This document shows, one piece after another, positions 20,289 to 29,510 of a stretch of DNA of 64,000 nucleotides. The stretch is taken from positions 32,001 through 96,000 of the IMG/VR virus record IMGVR_UViG_3300026097_001223, one strand, 5' to 3'. Numbering within the stretch: position 1 is the stretch's first letter; each line of letters opens with the position of its first letter. The notes beneath the pieces were generated by a model, which ran no database searches, was not told the DNA's origin, and was given only the letters and a program-made list of their open reading frames with translations. The position numbers and the translations under genes are program-made. The DNA comes from a virus.

Positions 20289-20511
20289 TATCGACACAGT
20301 AGCAGAAATCTACGCTGTAGTAAAAGAATACATCCGAGAAGTAGACAGAGAGGAAGCAGCAAGCAGTGTTGTTACCATATTAAAAGACCACGAAGTGAAA
20401 GAAGACAGCATAATTGCGGCATTTGATGATGATCGTGATATTATGCGCTGTCTAGGTGTCGACGATGAAGAAGTCGATGAAGACGAAGACTACTACGACG
20501 AGTACGAATAA
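20281..20511 (+). CDS. Small acidic hypothetical protein
   Basis: 76-aa ORF overlapping uvsX and uvsY. Confidence 0.7.
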   Translation: MIDIDTVAEIYAVVKEYIREVDREEAASSVVTILKDHEVKEDSIIAAFDDDRDIMRCLGVDDEEVDEDEDYYDEYE

Positions 20512-20963
20512 TGTGGTATACCCGGGTAACATCTGACATCAGTCAGATACCTGACTTTATTGAGCACTATAACCAAGAGTTAAACAGTGCAAAAGCAGAG
20601 TGTCGTGTAAGCGGATATGTAGAAAACAATATCAAAGATCTGCCCGGAATCACAGAACATCGATTTAATCAGCTACAAGAAATTGAAGCCGTGTTGAATT
20701 TTCTTAATATTCAGTTGAGAAAAATTCGCAGACGACATTTTCAAAAATATCTTGAAAACTACAATCGTGCACTTACCAGTCGCGATGCTGAAAAGTATGT
20801 AGACGGCGAAGACGAAGTGATTGATTTTGAAACCATTATCAATGAAGTGGCACTGCTTCGTAACCGCTGGCTAGGTGTAATGAAAGGCTTGGACACCAAG
20901 CAGTGGCAGATGGGACACATTGTACGCTTGCGCACAGCCGGTATGGAAGATATCCAAGTATGA
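20511..20963 (+). CDS. uvsY: Recombination mediator (UvsY-like)
   Basis: Helical protein with KY.E.Y.RAL.SRDAEKYVDGE; located next to uvsX. Confidence 0.75.
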   Translation: MWYTRVTSDISQIPDFIEHYNQELNSAKAECRVSGYVENNIKDLPGITEHRFNQLQEIEAVLNFLNIQLRKIRRRHFQKYLENYNRALTSRDAEKYVDGEDEVIDFETIINEVALLRNRWLGVMKGLDTKQWQMGHIVRLRTAGMEDIQV

Positions 20964-21712
20964 TCATAACTGACAAACAAAGTCAGGAGCACAGCGATAG
21001 ATTGAAAAATCAATTTCGCGAGTTTGACAGTTTTATTGAAAGCATAGACACATTGGCTGATTTTGGTTGCGGGCAACAAGGACATGACGTAGATTGGTGG
21101 AGCAGCTTAACCACTAGAGACGAAGAACCTTCGCCTCTGAATATTCGTGTAACAGGTGTTGATATTCATGACCATTGCGCAGCTGCTCATGAGCATAAAA
21201 ATGCACGTTATCTCAAGCATGACATAGAAAAACCTTTTGATTCCAGCTGGAAGTTTGATTTGGTATGGTGTCATAACACACTGCAATATCTAGAAAATCC
21301 ATACCGGGCACTATGCAACTGGAGAGACACTGTCGACGATGGCGGTGCACTTATACTCAGTGTGCCACAAAATATACGCCTGTTTGGGCGTACTAGGCTG
21401 TATGATCAAACCAGTCATTGTATACACAACTTCACTGTCGTTCAGCTGATTCACATCTTGTCTTTGGCAGGATGGGAAAGTCGTGGCGGGTATTACACGC
21501 TTGACATGGAAGAAGGATGGATTACAGCATTGGTATACAACACAAACGAACCAGTTCGGCATCCTCGAAACACCAGCTGGTATGATCTAGCCGAAACAGG
21601 GTTGCTCCCTCACAGTCTTGAACTTGGCATAGAAAAATATGGTTACGCCCGAGAGCAAGATCTCATGCTTGAATGGATCGACAGAAGCAAAGCCCAAGTC
21701 AAGAAGCTATAA
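20960..21712 (+). CDS. Class I SAM-dependent methyltransferase
   Basis: Motif I LADFGCG, VTGVD, FDLVWCHNTLQY. ATGA overlap with uvsY sets the start at 20960. Confidence 0.8.
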   Translation: MIITDKQSQEHSDRLKNQFREFDSFIESIDTLADFGCGQQGHDVDWWSSLTTRDEEPSPLNIRVTGVDIHDHCAAAHEHKNARYLKHDIEKPFDSSWKFDLVWCHNTLQYLENPYRALCNWRDTVDDGGALILSVPQNIRLFGRTRLYDQTSHCIHNFTVVQLIHILSLAGWESRGGYYTLDMEEGWITALVYNTNEPVRHPRNTSWYDLAETGLLPHSLELGIEKYGYAREQDLMLEWIDRSKAQVKKL

Positions 21713-21718
21713 TAAATA
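21713..21718 (+). promoter_or_regulatory. Late promoter TAAATA heading the sugar-modification cluster
   Basis: TAAATA-ACCAC-ATG(21724). Confidence 0.65.
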
Positions 21719-21723
21719 ACCAC

Positions 21724-22494
21724 ATGCGCACAGTATTAGTCACCGGAGGGTTCGACCCGTTGCATAGTGGACACTTGTCCTATTTTGAATCAGCGAAAAG
21801 CCTAGGGGATAGACTGATTGTTGGTGTCAACAGCGATGCCTGGTTAGCCCGCAAAAAAGGGCGCAGTTTCATGCCTAGCTCAGAAAGAACGGCTTTAGTC
21901 GATGCTCTATCTGTGGTAGATCAAGCAGTGGCTTTTGACAACGACTACGATAGAGACAACAGTTGTTGTAGATTTATTGAAGATTGCCTGGCTAATTTTC
22001 CTGATGACGAGATAGTATTTGCCAATGGCGGAGATAGGACCAAAATCAATATTCCTGAAATGACTGTGGAAAACTCTAGACTGAGTTTTTGTTTTGGCAT
22101 CGGCGGCGAGGATAAAAAGAATTCAAGCAGTTGGATATTGGAAGAATGGAAAAGCCCTAAAACTCAAAGACAATGGGGATATTATAGAGTTCTTCATGAA
22201 GCACCCGGTGTAAAAGTCAAAGAACTCACAGTAGATCCAGGCGAAAGTCTCAGCATGCAACGTCATTTTCATAGAAGTGAATATTGGCTAGTAAGCACAG
22301 GCATTGCAACAGTTGAGTACCAGAGAGATCCTAAATGGAACACCACAGTGACATCCAATTTTTCTCAGCACCAAGAATTACATATTCCAGTAGGATCCTG
22401 GCATCAACTACGCAATAACACACAAGAACCTGTGCAAATTATCGAAATTCAATACGGCACTGAGTGTATTGAAGAGGATATTGAGAGACGATGA
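21724..22494 (+). CDS. Bifunctional cytidylyl/adenylyltransferase (HldE/RfaE-II-like) + cupin (type II phosphomannose isomerase-like)
   Basis: TGGFDPLHSGH (HxGH), GVNSD, ANGGDR and KKNSSSWIL; C-terminal RQWGYY...SMQRHFHRSEYW cupin. Confidence 0.85.
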   Translation: MRTVLVTGGFDPLHSGHLSYFESAKSLGDRLIVGVNSDAWLARKKGRSFMPSSERTALVDALSVVDQAVAFDNDYDRDNSCCRFIEDCLANFPDDEIVFANGGDRTKINIPEMTVENSRLSFCFGIGGEDKKNSSSWILEEWKSPKTQRQWGYYRVLHEAPGVKVKELTVDPGESLSMQRHFHRSEYWLVSTGIATVEYQRDPKWNTTVTSNFSQHQELHIPVGSWHQLRNNTQEPVQIIEIQYGTECIEEDIERR

Positions 22495-22506
22495 TTTTAA
22501 AATTAA

Positions 22507-23250
22507 ATGGATGTAAAATTTAAAATGTCTAAGCAACTAAAAGCATGTTGGTTAAAAAGCCCTGCTCCAGGAAATTTTGGTGACATTCTTACTCCGTTTA
22601 TTTTAAATCATTACGGCTTTCGCGTAAATTACGTACACTGGAATAACATACAGCAAGCTGACGTAATATGTGTAGGTTCTATTGCCAGGTTAGCAATCGC
22701 AAACACAATTGTGTTGGGTAGTGGTATTATGAGCAAAGGCGAACAATTATGTGCAGATGCTAAGTGGAAGTGGGTAAGAGGTCCACTAACACGAAATTTA
22801 GTGTTAAAGAATGGCGGGTATTGTCCTGAAATATACGGTGATGCTGCCATGTTACTTCCTAAAATTTGGCCCGGCGCTCGGCGCACTTTGTACAAAATAG
22901 GCATTGTTCCCCACTATGTTGATTATGAATTAATAAAACAAAAATATCCTGATGAATTTATAGTTAACCTAGTTGACGACAACCCTAAGAATGTAATTAA
23001 ACAAATAACCAGTTGTGACTGTATAATTTCAAGTAGCTTACATGGTATTATAGCCGCACATGCATACGGAATACCAGCAGCCTGGGTTAAGTTTAGTAAT
23101 AAGATAAAAGGTGATGACAGCAAATTTTATGATCATTATCTTTCAATGGGCATTGAGGCAAAACTTTCAACAATAGAGTCTCCGATTTTTCAGCTCGGTA
23201 AGTATGATAATAGTTTAATAGATAATATATTACAGGAAAAATTGTTATGA
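22507..23250 (+). CDS. Polysaccharide pyruvyl transferase family protein
   Basis: NFGD, VGSI, WVRGPLT, GDAA, SSSLHG.I.A.AYGIP; AT-rich. Confidence 0.85.
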   Translation: MDVKFKMSKQLKACWLKSPAPGNFGDILTPFILNHYGFRVNYVHWNNIQQADVICVGSIARLAIANTIVLGSGIMSKGEQLCADAKWKWVRGPLTRNLVLKNGGYCPEIYGDAAMLLPKIWPGARRTLYKIGIVPHYVDYELIKQKYPDEFIVNLVDDNPKNVIKQITSCDCIISSSLHGIIAAHAYGIPAAWVKFSNKIKGDDSKFYDHYLSMGIEAKLSTIESPIFQLGKYDNSLIDNILQEKLL

Positions 23251-23828
23251 CTCTTGCTGTGATATCCTTTTATACATCTGACTGGAAATATCCCGACTAT
23301 GCAACTAACTTAAAAAAAGATTGTGAAAGGATCGGGTTGCCACATCACATCGAGTGTTTACCCAGTCGTGGCGACTATGTAAAAAATTGCAATATCAAGC
23401 CCGAATTCATAAGAAACAAATTACATCAATTAAAATCGCCAATTCTATGGATCGACGCCGATGGTAGTTTATTAAAAAGTCCTGATCTTTTGTTGACCTC
23501 GGACATTAAAAATTACGACCTTGCTGGTAACCGATGGGCAACAAACCCAGAAAGGATTCACGTGGGTTCTATATGGTTTAATTACACAGAACTTACGCTA
23601 ACATTTTTGGATACCTGGATCGACTTAGTTAACTCTAGCATAGATGATGCGGCATTCAATGGTGTTTGGAATAGATTTAAACAACAATTAAAATTATTTT
23701 CATTGCCCCCTGAATACTTTTTTATACATAAGAAAGACAATTATCTAATACCCAACAATACAATTATTTTACATAGATTATCATCGTCTGAATTAAAAAT
23801 GCAATACAAGAAAAAAACTAAGAAATGA
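23247..23828 (+). CDS. GT-A nucleotide-diphospho-sugar transferase-like protein
   Basis: KPEFI...L..LKSPILWIDAD (DxD); AT-rich. Confidence 0.7.
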   Translation: MTLAVISFYTSDWKYPDYATNLKKDCERIGLPHHIECLPSRGDYVKNCNIKPEFIRNKLHQLKSPILWIDADGSLLKSPDLLLTSDIKNYDLAGNRWATNPERIHVGSIWFNYTELTLTFLDTWIDLVNSSIDDAAFNGVWNRFKQQLKLFSLPPEYFFIHKKDNYLIPNNTIILHRLSSSELKMQYKKKTKK

Positions 23829-24838
23829 AATTTTTATTATTACATCCTAATCGGCGACCTGAGTCAATTGATCAAATTCAATGTTTCAGCGATGTCTGGG
23901 GATATTATTTAGGTAACGAGCTAGCACGACATGTTACTGTGGATCATCTAGATATCCCAAGTAAGATCAACGACTCGGCGCTAGCTGTTTGGTTTGACAA
24001 TGTTGATATAGAGGGATATGATGCTGTTTTAGTGTTAGGGCTAAGATATTTTAGTCGAGTATCAAAAGATATTGTAGTAAGTTTGCAAAGGCGATTATAC
24101 CCGGGTTTTCTTTGCCAAATCTATGACGGTTCGCGTTTAGACAATGACGGAGTTGACATTACCTTTACAGTGAAAAATGACAACGTTAATAGCAAATATC
24201 AATTTGGCGCGGATGCAAACCGCTATGTAAGGCATCGTGCTCATAATGAATACGTGGGTTGGGCTGCAGACAGTACACTAAACACGCCTGCACAACAAGA
24301 TGGCATTCTCAGATTGTTAGTAGATCATACCAACTATGGTGAAAATCCTGTAGACCGAACAGCTGAAATTCTTGAACAAATTCGAGAATTTTATCACAGT
24401 GGGGTATGGAGATCTCAATGGCAGAGTGTTATTGTTAGGCGATTTGACTCGGGTAAAATTGTCTCAGTGGATTTAACTAGGCCGTCTACAATTGATCGTT
24501 ATGATCGCACCGGTGTTCCTTATCGTAGTGTGTGCAAAGAACACAGTCAGTCACATGTGTTTTTTGTAACTCATCCAGAAAGCGTAGGATTGGTTGTGCT
24601 AGAAACTGCCATGGCCGGTGCACTTACTGTTACTCCTGATGGGTACATTCCCAAGGATCGGTTAGCAACGGTCCGGCATGTTACTTATCATGATCGTATT
24701 GATTGGTCTGCTGTCTTAACTAACATTGATATCAATGCCAGTAGAGAAATTGCTTTGCCTAACTCGTGGGAGTCTGTTGCGAAACGCATTAGGGATGCAG
24801 TAAAAATACGACAGCTAATACGCAAAGGTACCGCATGA
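23825..24838 (+). CDS. Putative GT-B glycosyltransferase
   Basis: C-terminal VFFVTHPESVGLVVLETAMAG resembles the GT4 E-x7-E motif. Confidence 0.55.
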   Translation: MKFLLLHPNRRPESIDQIQCFSDVWGYYLGNELARHVTVDHLDIPSKINDSALAVWFDNVDIEGYDAVLVLGLRYFSRVSKDIVVSLQRRLYPGFLCQIYDGSRLDNDGVDITFTVKNDNVNSKYQFGADANRYVRHRAHNEYVGWAADSTLNTPAQQDGILRLLVDHTNYGENPVDRTAEILEQIREFYHSGVWRSQWQSVIVRRFDSGKIVSVDLTRPSTIDRYDRTGVPYRSVCKEHSQSHVFFVTHPESVGLVVLETAMAGALTVTPDGYIPKDRLATVRHVTYHDRIDWSAVLTNIDINASREIALPNSWESVAKRIRDAVKIRQLIRKGTA

Positions 24839-26250
24839 TTAGAATTGTCTGTTTAAAATGGGGCACCAAGTACGGTCCAGAGTATGTAAACAATCTTTTT
24901 GCAGCCGTAAGTCGCAACACTACGCTTGAACATGAATTTTGGTGCTTCACTGATAATGCTGTCGGCATTGATCCTGCTGTGAAAAGACATAGACTACCCC
25001 ATGCGAGGGAATTAGATACCTGGTGGAACAAACTTTGGTTGTTTAGCAGTGAAATGCCCTTTAAAATCAATGATGTAATACTGTATATTGATCTTGATAC
25101 ACTGATAGTAGACAACATAGATGATTTTGTAAAAATACCACAATGTGGCGACATTGTGATGCTAGAAGATTTTTATCATGGAATTGCTAAAACAGCAGGT
25201 CAAGCTGCTAGTGGCTTGATGAGTTGGACGCATGGCAGTAGATTTGATATATGGAAAAACTTTATCGCAAATCCACAGCATGTGATAAAAATGTGCCATC
25301 CTCATGGTGACCAACGCTGGATAGAAATATGCACAAACCAACCAGGGCAAAGAAGATATTGGCAAAAGATTTTGCCAAACCGAGTGGTAAGTTACAAGGT
25401 ACATTGTCAACATGGGCTACCGGCGCAGGTGGCAGTGGTTTGCTATCACGGTAAACCCAGCATACCAGAAAGTGCTACAAAAAATTATCGAGACAGCAAG
25501 CGAGCAATCTCAGCACAGCCGTGGGTGTTAGATTACTGGCATGATCAAAAGGAAAAATCAATGACTCCTTGTAAAATAAGGTATGTAGAATTACCAGCAA
25601 GAAAAATATTTGGCATGGTAGGCCGATGCGGCGGTGGATACAACACCATATGGGAAGACTGGAGTACCAGCGGACGAATTGCTAGAGAAAAAATCATGCA
25701 AGAATTTGAGTCAGGCATGAATGCAATATGCGGACACTATGACAAACTAGAAGTCAGCATGCTCAATGAAGGTATACGAAATCCAGTTGTGATCACAGGC
25801 GGATTTCCCCGTAAACGTCAAATGCAATATGTACCACCCGACATGCACGATCAAGATCCAGCAGAGTTGTTTTTTCTTGAAGGAACCACAGGCGGCAGCA
25901 GACTGCACATAGCACAAAAACACAACATGACCATTCCTTGTATACTGAATGATTGGCACAATAGATTTCCTCATGCTCCTGAGATTAGCACGGCCAACGA
26001 TGCACTACAGTATTACAAAGATCGACCAAAGCGAGTTTTCGTGGACCCAAAACAGGGATTTGTTGAAGCATTTGATACTACTAAAATAGGTCATCACCTC
26101 GGTGAAGACTTCAGTGAAGAAAAAGTTGTGCCATTGAGAGCTCCTCTTTGGGTAAGCATTATGAACAAGTACGGATACCGTGTAGATCGCTTGCCAGAGT
26201 TTGTAGAACAGATACTTCATGACGCAGGCATTGATCAGCGTAAACTGTAA
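24835..26250 (+). CDS. GT-A glycosyltransferase fused to a ParB/Srx-like C-terminal domain
   Basis: N-half CLKWGTKY...YIDLD...GDQRWI...YHGKP; C-half S...EGIRNPVVI...GGSRLHIA...IPCI. Confidence 0.65.
   Translation: MIRIVCLKWGTKYGPEYVNNLFAAVSRNTTLEHEFWCFTDNAVGIDPAVKRHRLPHARELDTWWNKLWLFSSEMPFKINDVILYIDLDTLIVDNIDDFVKIPQCGDIVMLEDFYHGIAKTAGQAASGLMSWTHGSRFDIWKNFIANPQHVIKMCHPHGDQRWIEICTNQPGQRRYWQKILPNRVVSYKVHCQHGLPAQVAVVCYHGKPSIPESATKNYRDSKRAISAQPWVLDYWHDQKEKSMTPCKIRYVELPARKIFGMVGRCGGGYNTIWEDWSTSGRIAREKIMQEFESGMNAICGHYDKLEVSMLNEGIRNPVVITGGFPRKRQMQYVPPDMHDQDPAELFFLEGTTGGSRLHIAQKHNMTIPCILNDWHNRFPHAPEISTANDALQYYKDRPKRVFVDPKQGFVEAFDTTKIGHHLGEDFSEEKVVPLRAPLWVSIMNKYGYRVDRLPEFVEQILHDAGIDQRKL
24930..24953 (+). 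repeat. 24-nt exact direct repeat, copy 1 (ACATGAATTTTGGTGCTTCACTGA)
   Basis: Identical sequence at 26345-26368 in the paralogous glycosyltransferase. Confidence 0.9.
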
Positions 26251-26954
26251 TGCTACATGTTGTCTGCGTTAAACACGGTGCAAAATTTTCCAGCCTATAT
26301 GTAAACCGTTTGTACAACATGATACAACGTCATCTGACTGTGTCACATGAATTTTGGTGCTTCACTGAGAATTCCAATGATATAGATTCTCGTATAAAAA
26401 TACACACTTTACCAGCACACTTTCCATCTTACATACAAGGATGGTGGTGGAAGCCTTATCTATTTGCCGATGAGCACTTTGAACACAGCGACACAGTGTT
26501 GTTCTTTGATTTAGATATGGTAATTGTAAACAGCATTGATCACATTGTGACATACAAGCCCGGAGCCTTTGTTGGCTTGAGAGATGTTAGCAGGGTATTC
26601 AATCCAGCTCGTCAAAAACTGGGCAGTGCAGTGATGCGATGGCAGGCAAAAACACAAGACTATCTATGGACTGAATTATTACGCGATGATCAAATCACAC
26701 GAGTATATCGCGGAGATCAAGAATATCTATGGGATCGTGCTAAACAAAAGATACAATTTTTTCCAGACATCTGGATACAAAGTTATAAATGGGAAATCCG
26801 CAATCGCAAAGACATAGTGGGCAAGAGAGAACATGCCCGGTTCAAGGACATAAAACATCCTGAGATCAATGATAAAACCAGTGTACTGGCATTTCACGGA
26901 TATCCAAGTTTAGAAACAGTAAAGGATCCAGTTATTACTGATAATTGGTTGTAA
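26250..26954 (+). CDS. GT-A glycosyltransferase, paralog of the 24835 N-half
   Basis: VVCVKHG.K...YVNRL, FFDLD, GDQEYL and AFHGYP. Confidence 0.7.
   Translation: MLHVVCVKHGAKFSSLYVNRLYNMIQRHLTVSHEFWCFTENSNDIDSRIKIHTLPAHFPSYIQGWWWKPYLFADEHFEHSDTVLFFDLDMVIVNSIDHIVTYKPGAFVGLRDVSRVFNPARQKLGSAVMRWQAKTQDYLWTELLRDDQITRVYRGDQEYLWDRAKQKIQFFPDIWIQSYKWEIRNRKDIVGKREHARFKDIKHPEINDKTSVLAFHGYPSLETVKDPVITDNWL
26345..26368 (+). repeat. 24-nt exact direct repeat, copy 2
   Basis: Identical to 24930-24953. Confidence 0.9.
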
Positions 26955-26957
26955 GGA

Positions 26958-26963
26958 TAAATA
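26958..26963 (+). promoter_or_regulatory. Late promoter core TAAATA
   Basis: Intergenic, upstream of ATG 26991. Confidence 0.5.
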
Positions 26964-26990
26964 TGAACATACAAGACAGGGTTGACTCAC

Positions 26991-27554
26991 ATGACTACTA
27001 GAAAATGGAAATTACAAGGCGATATCAATTGGCCAGGTAAACTTATCGTTAAAATTGACGGTATAACAGTCGCAGATAAAGTAGATGCTGCAGAATCTGT
27101 TTACGACGGGCATACTTTTATTGCCGAAGGTACTTTTGATGTTGACGATGCAATTGACAGCAAGCATAGCATAGAAATTGAAGTTTATGAAGGCAGCATG
27201 AACATTGGACCAATTTGGTGGAACAATGCATATGTGTCGGCTGAACTTAGTGCAGAAGCCGAAGAATATAAATTTGATCACAACAATATTCCAGAAGGTG
27301 CGAATGTTCCTACACCTAAAAGCAACGAATGGGGATCAAATGATCCTAACGCATTCAGTTGGTATCCAGGTAAAGGTACGCTGTTTTCAGTTGACACTAT
27401 TATTAAAGAACAAGACCCTAGGGGTAATCTGCAGATAAACGGTGAAGACTTTACAGTACCTGCACAATTTCATAAAATAGTATCAACTGTGGGTAGCACT
27501 ATTACTTTTGATTTTGGTATTCCTGGAGACACTAGCCCCGGGGCGCCAGAATAA
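26991..27554 (+). CDS. Hypothetical beta-rich protein
   Basis: 187-aa ORF; ATG 26991 is preferred over TTG 26982. Confidence 0.6.
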   Translation: MTTRKWKLQGDINWPGKLIVKIDGITVADKVDAAESVYDGHTFIAEGTFDVDDAIDSKHSIEIEVYEGSMNIGPIWWNNAYVSAELSAEAEEYKFDHNNIPEGANVPTPKSNEWGSNDPNAFSWYPGKGTLFSVDTIIKEQDPRGNLQINGEDFTVPAQFHKIVSTVGSTITFDFGIPGDTSPGAPE

Positions 27555-27558
27555 CAGA

Positions 27559-27587
27559 TTGACAAATCTCTAATTAGTGTTTATACT
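27559..27587 (+). promoter_or_regulatory. Sigma70-like promoter, 6 nt before the methyltransferase ATG
   Basis: TTGACA-N17-TATACT-N6-ATG. Confidence 0.75.
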
Positions 27588-27593
27588 GATTAG

Positions 27594-28715
27594 ATGATTT
27601 GTAGTCTACACAAAATTTGGAATATAAAACCACATCATATAACCGGTAACCAGTTTACCGGTTATGAGTCTATACAAGATCAACTCAATTCTTACACAAA
27701 AGCTGTTTATGAAAAAGATCCTACAAGCACTATTGAACAGGTGTTTGAACTGTATCGCGGCATAAATCTAGTTCCGATAACCTACTACACAGAATCAGGC
27801 CTGGTGCAGGCTATATCTCAATTTGCAAGCACTAAATATAACACTGTAGACAACAACAGGCTAGGACTGGGCAACAATCACGGACAGAATATCAATCGTT
27901 TTTTGTTTCCTAACATGATGACAGCAGAACCTAAAGGTCGAGGAAGCAACAGTTTACGTGATAGATTCTATAATGATACTAAATTACGCAGGGCAATTCG
28001 CATTTGCTTCGAGTTTCGTGATGGTAGCAATTTGGTTGGTCCTGTGGCTATGCGAAGGGCCCTTGAACTTGTTACAGGCGAAAATGTTACTAATTTCAAA
28101 GCGGCAAATGCTCGTGCTATTGTTGAGCATCTCTGCCCTGTTATGTGGGGCCGTGTTTATGACTATTCGTGCGGCTATGGTGGCAGACTTTTGGGAGTTA
28201 CTGCTTCGAACATGCAGTACAGCTATGTCGGTGTAGATCCTAACACAGAAACAGTAGAATATTTAAACTATCTCAATCAACTTATAGAAGAGGCCACTGG
28301 AAAAAATCATGAAATCGTGTGTTCGCCGTCGCAGGATTATACACCGGAAAACATCGACTGTGCATTCAGTTCGCCGCCTTACTTCAATCTCGAAAAATAC
28401 TCAGACGAGCCAACACAGTGTATGGTGGAGTTCTCAACACTGGATGAATGGTTCGACGGATATGCCGAACCAACCATACGAAACATTTACTCCTCACTTG
28501 CTAGCGACGGTGTGTTTGCCACTAATATTGCTGACTACAAGTCTTACGGCAACAAAGAATATGCTGTTGTGGATCGCTGGATTGCCACAGCAGAAAAAAT
28601 AGGATTCCGGCACTCGGCAACAATCCGGATGATGCTGAACACTCGTCCGGGCGTAGGCAATGATAAAACAGCAGGCCGAGAAAAGTGGGAAGGTGTTTAT
28701 GTATTCACTAAGTGA
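27594..28715 (+). CDS. DNA amino-methyltransferase (N4-C or N6-A)
   Basis: Motif I-like VYDYSCGYGGRLLG, GVDPN and catalytic motif IV FSSPPYF. Confidence 0.75.
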   Translation: MICSLHKIWNIKPHHITGNQFTGYESIQDQLNSYTKAVYEKDPTSTIEQVFELYRGINLVPITYYTESGLVQAISQFASTKYNTVDNNRLGLGNNHGQNINRFLFPNMMTAEPKGRGSNSLRDRFYNDTKLRRAIRICFEFRDGSNLVGPVAMRRALELVTGENVTNFKAANARAIVEHLCPVMWGRVYDYSCGYGGRLLGVTASNMQYSYVGVDPNTETVEYLNYLNQLIEEATGKNHEIVCSPSQDYTPENIDCAFSSPPYFNLEKYSDEPTQCMVEFSTLDEWFDGYAEPTIRNIYSSLASDGVFATNIADYKSYGNKEYAVVDRWIATAEKIGFRHSATIRMMLNTRPGVGNDKTAGREKWEGVYVFTK

Positions 28716-29457
28716 TGCTAAACAGCAGTATCCAGAAATATACGAATACTATTCTCAACCTCACAGTAGGCATATTTTAATATGGGGCGAAGGCGGGACT
28801 AGACCAGATTTTCTAGTAAAGTTTTTATTGCAACACCCTGATGCGTGTAAATTCCAAGATAGTAATTGGCACATTGATTTCAAAGGATCCAGCGGTCAAG
28901 GTGTACCTGGTGTAATACATGATTTTCAGATATCTCAAACTTATGATATAAATGCAGGTTTCCTTGTAAGTAAAACTCATTATGGTGGTAAATTTTGTCA
29001 CCTCAGCGAACATGCCAATGTTGACATGATTCGTATCGTCTACGATAACACAGACGTTGACTTACTGACAAAAATCGTATGGGAATTTACAACAAAAAGC
29101 AGCGTCCATGCAACAGGATTTTATCAGCAAACCCACATGCCTCGCACCGGCAATTCTGTTGATTATAACAATTTTAAATCGCAGTATTTTGAATTTTTGC
29201 AAGATATAATGTTGCCAGAATGGTATCTTAGAAACTATACCTATCACAGTACTGTATTAGAAATAGATTACAAACAAGTAATTTCCCCCGCAGGTGCTGA
29301 AACATTGTTAGAGTTACTGGATCTGCCAGTGTACCCCGAGCACGTAGAACAATATAGTAAAAGATTGTCATTGGCAGACTCGCCTGACAGTATAGAAGCT
29401 TACGGCGAAACATGGCATAGATCTGAAATTCAAGAAATAGTGAAATCTTTTTTATAA
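28699..29457 (+). CDS. Hypothetical protein, sulfotransferase-like; paralog of 32902-33639
   Basis: HILIWGEGG..DFL..FLLQHP...SNW and IDY...P.GAE.LL..L.L are shared with the minus-strand gene. The ORF track starts at 28660; ATG 28699 is preferred. Confidence 0.5.
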   Translation: MYSLSDAKQQYPEIYEYYSQPHSRHILIWGEGGTRPDFLVKFLLQHPDACKFQDSNWHIDFKGSSGQGVPGVIHDFQISQTYDINAGFLVSKTHYGGKFCHLSEHANVDMIRIVYDNTDVDLLTKIVWEFTTKSSVHATGFYQQTHMPRTGNSVDYNNFKSQYFEFLQDIMLPEWYLRNYTYHSTVLEIDYKQVISPAGAETLLELLDLPVYPEHVEQYSKRLSLADSPDSIEAYGETWHRSEIQEIVKSFL

Positions 29458-29462
29458 AAAGG

Positions 29463-29491
29463 TTGACCATACTGTGCATAGACCTTATACT
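29463..29491 (+). promoter_or_regulatory. Early sigma70-like promoter
   Basis: TATAAAAAGG-TTGACC-N17-TATACT-AATAAT. Confidence 0.8.
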
Positions 29492-29510
29492 AATAATGTG
29501 AGTTAAGGAA

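Noticed and set aside
21749-21758. GGTTCGACCC T-loop-like sequence
   Set aside because: It encodes the conserved GFDP motif of the cytidylyltransferase; no cloverleaf.
26963-27001. 12-codon upstream ORF (MNIQDRVDSHDY) overlapping the TAAATA motif
   Set aside because: Its ATG lies within the promoter motif, so it would probably not be in the transcript; too short to support.
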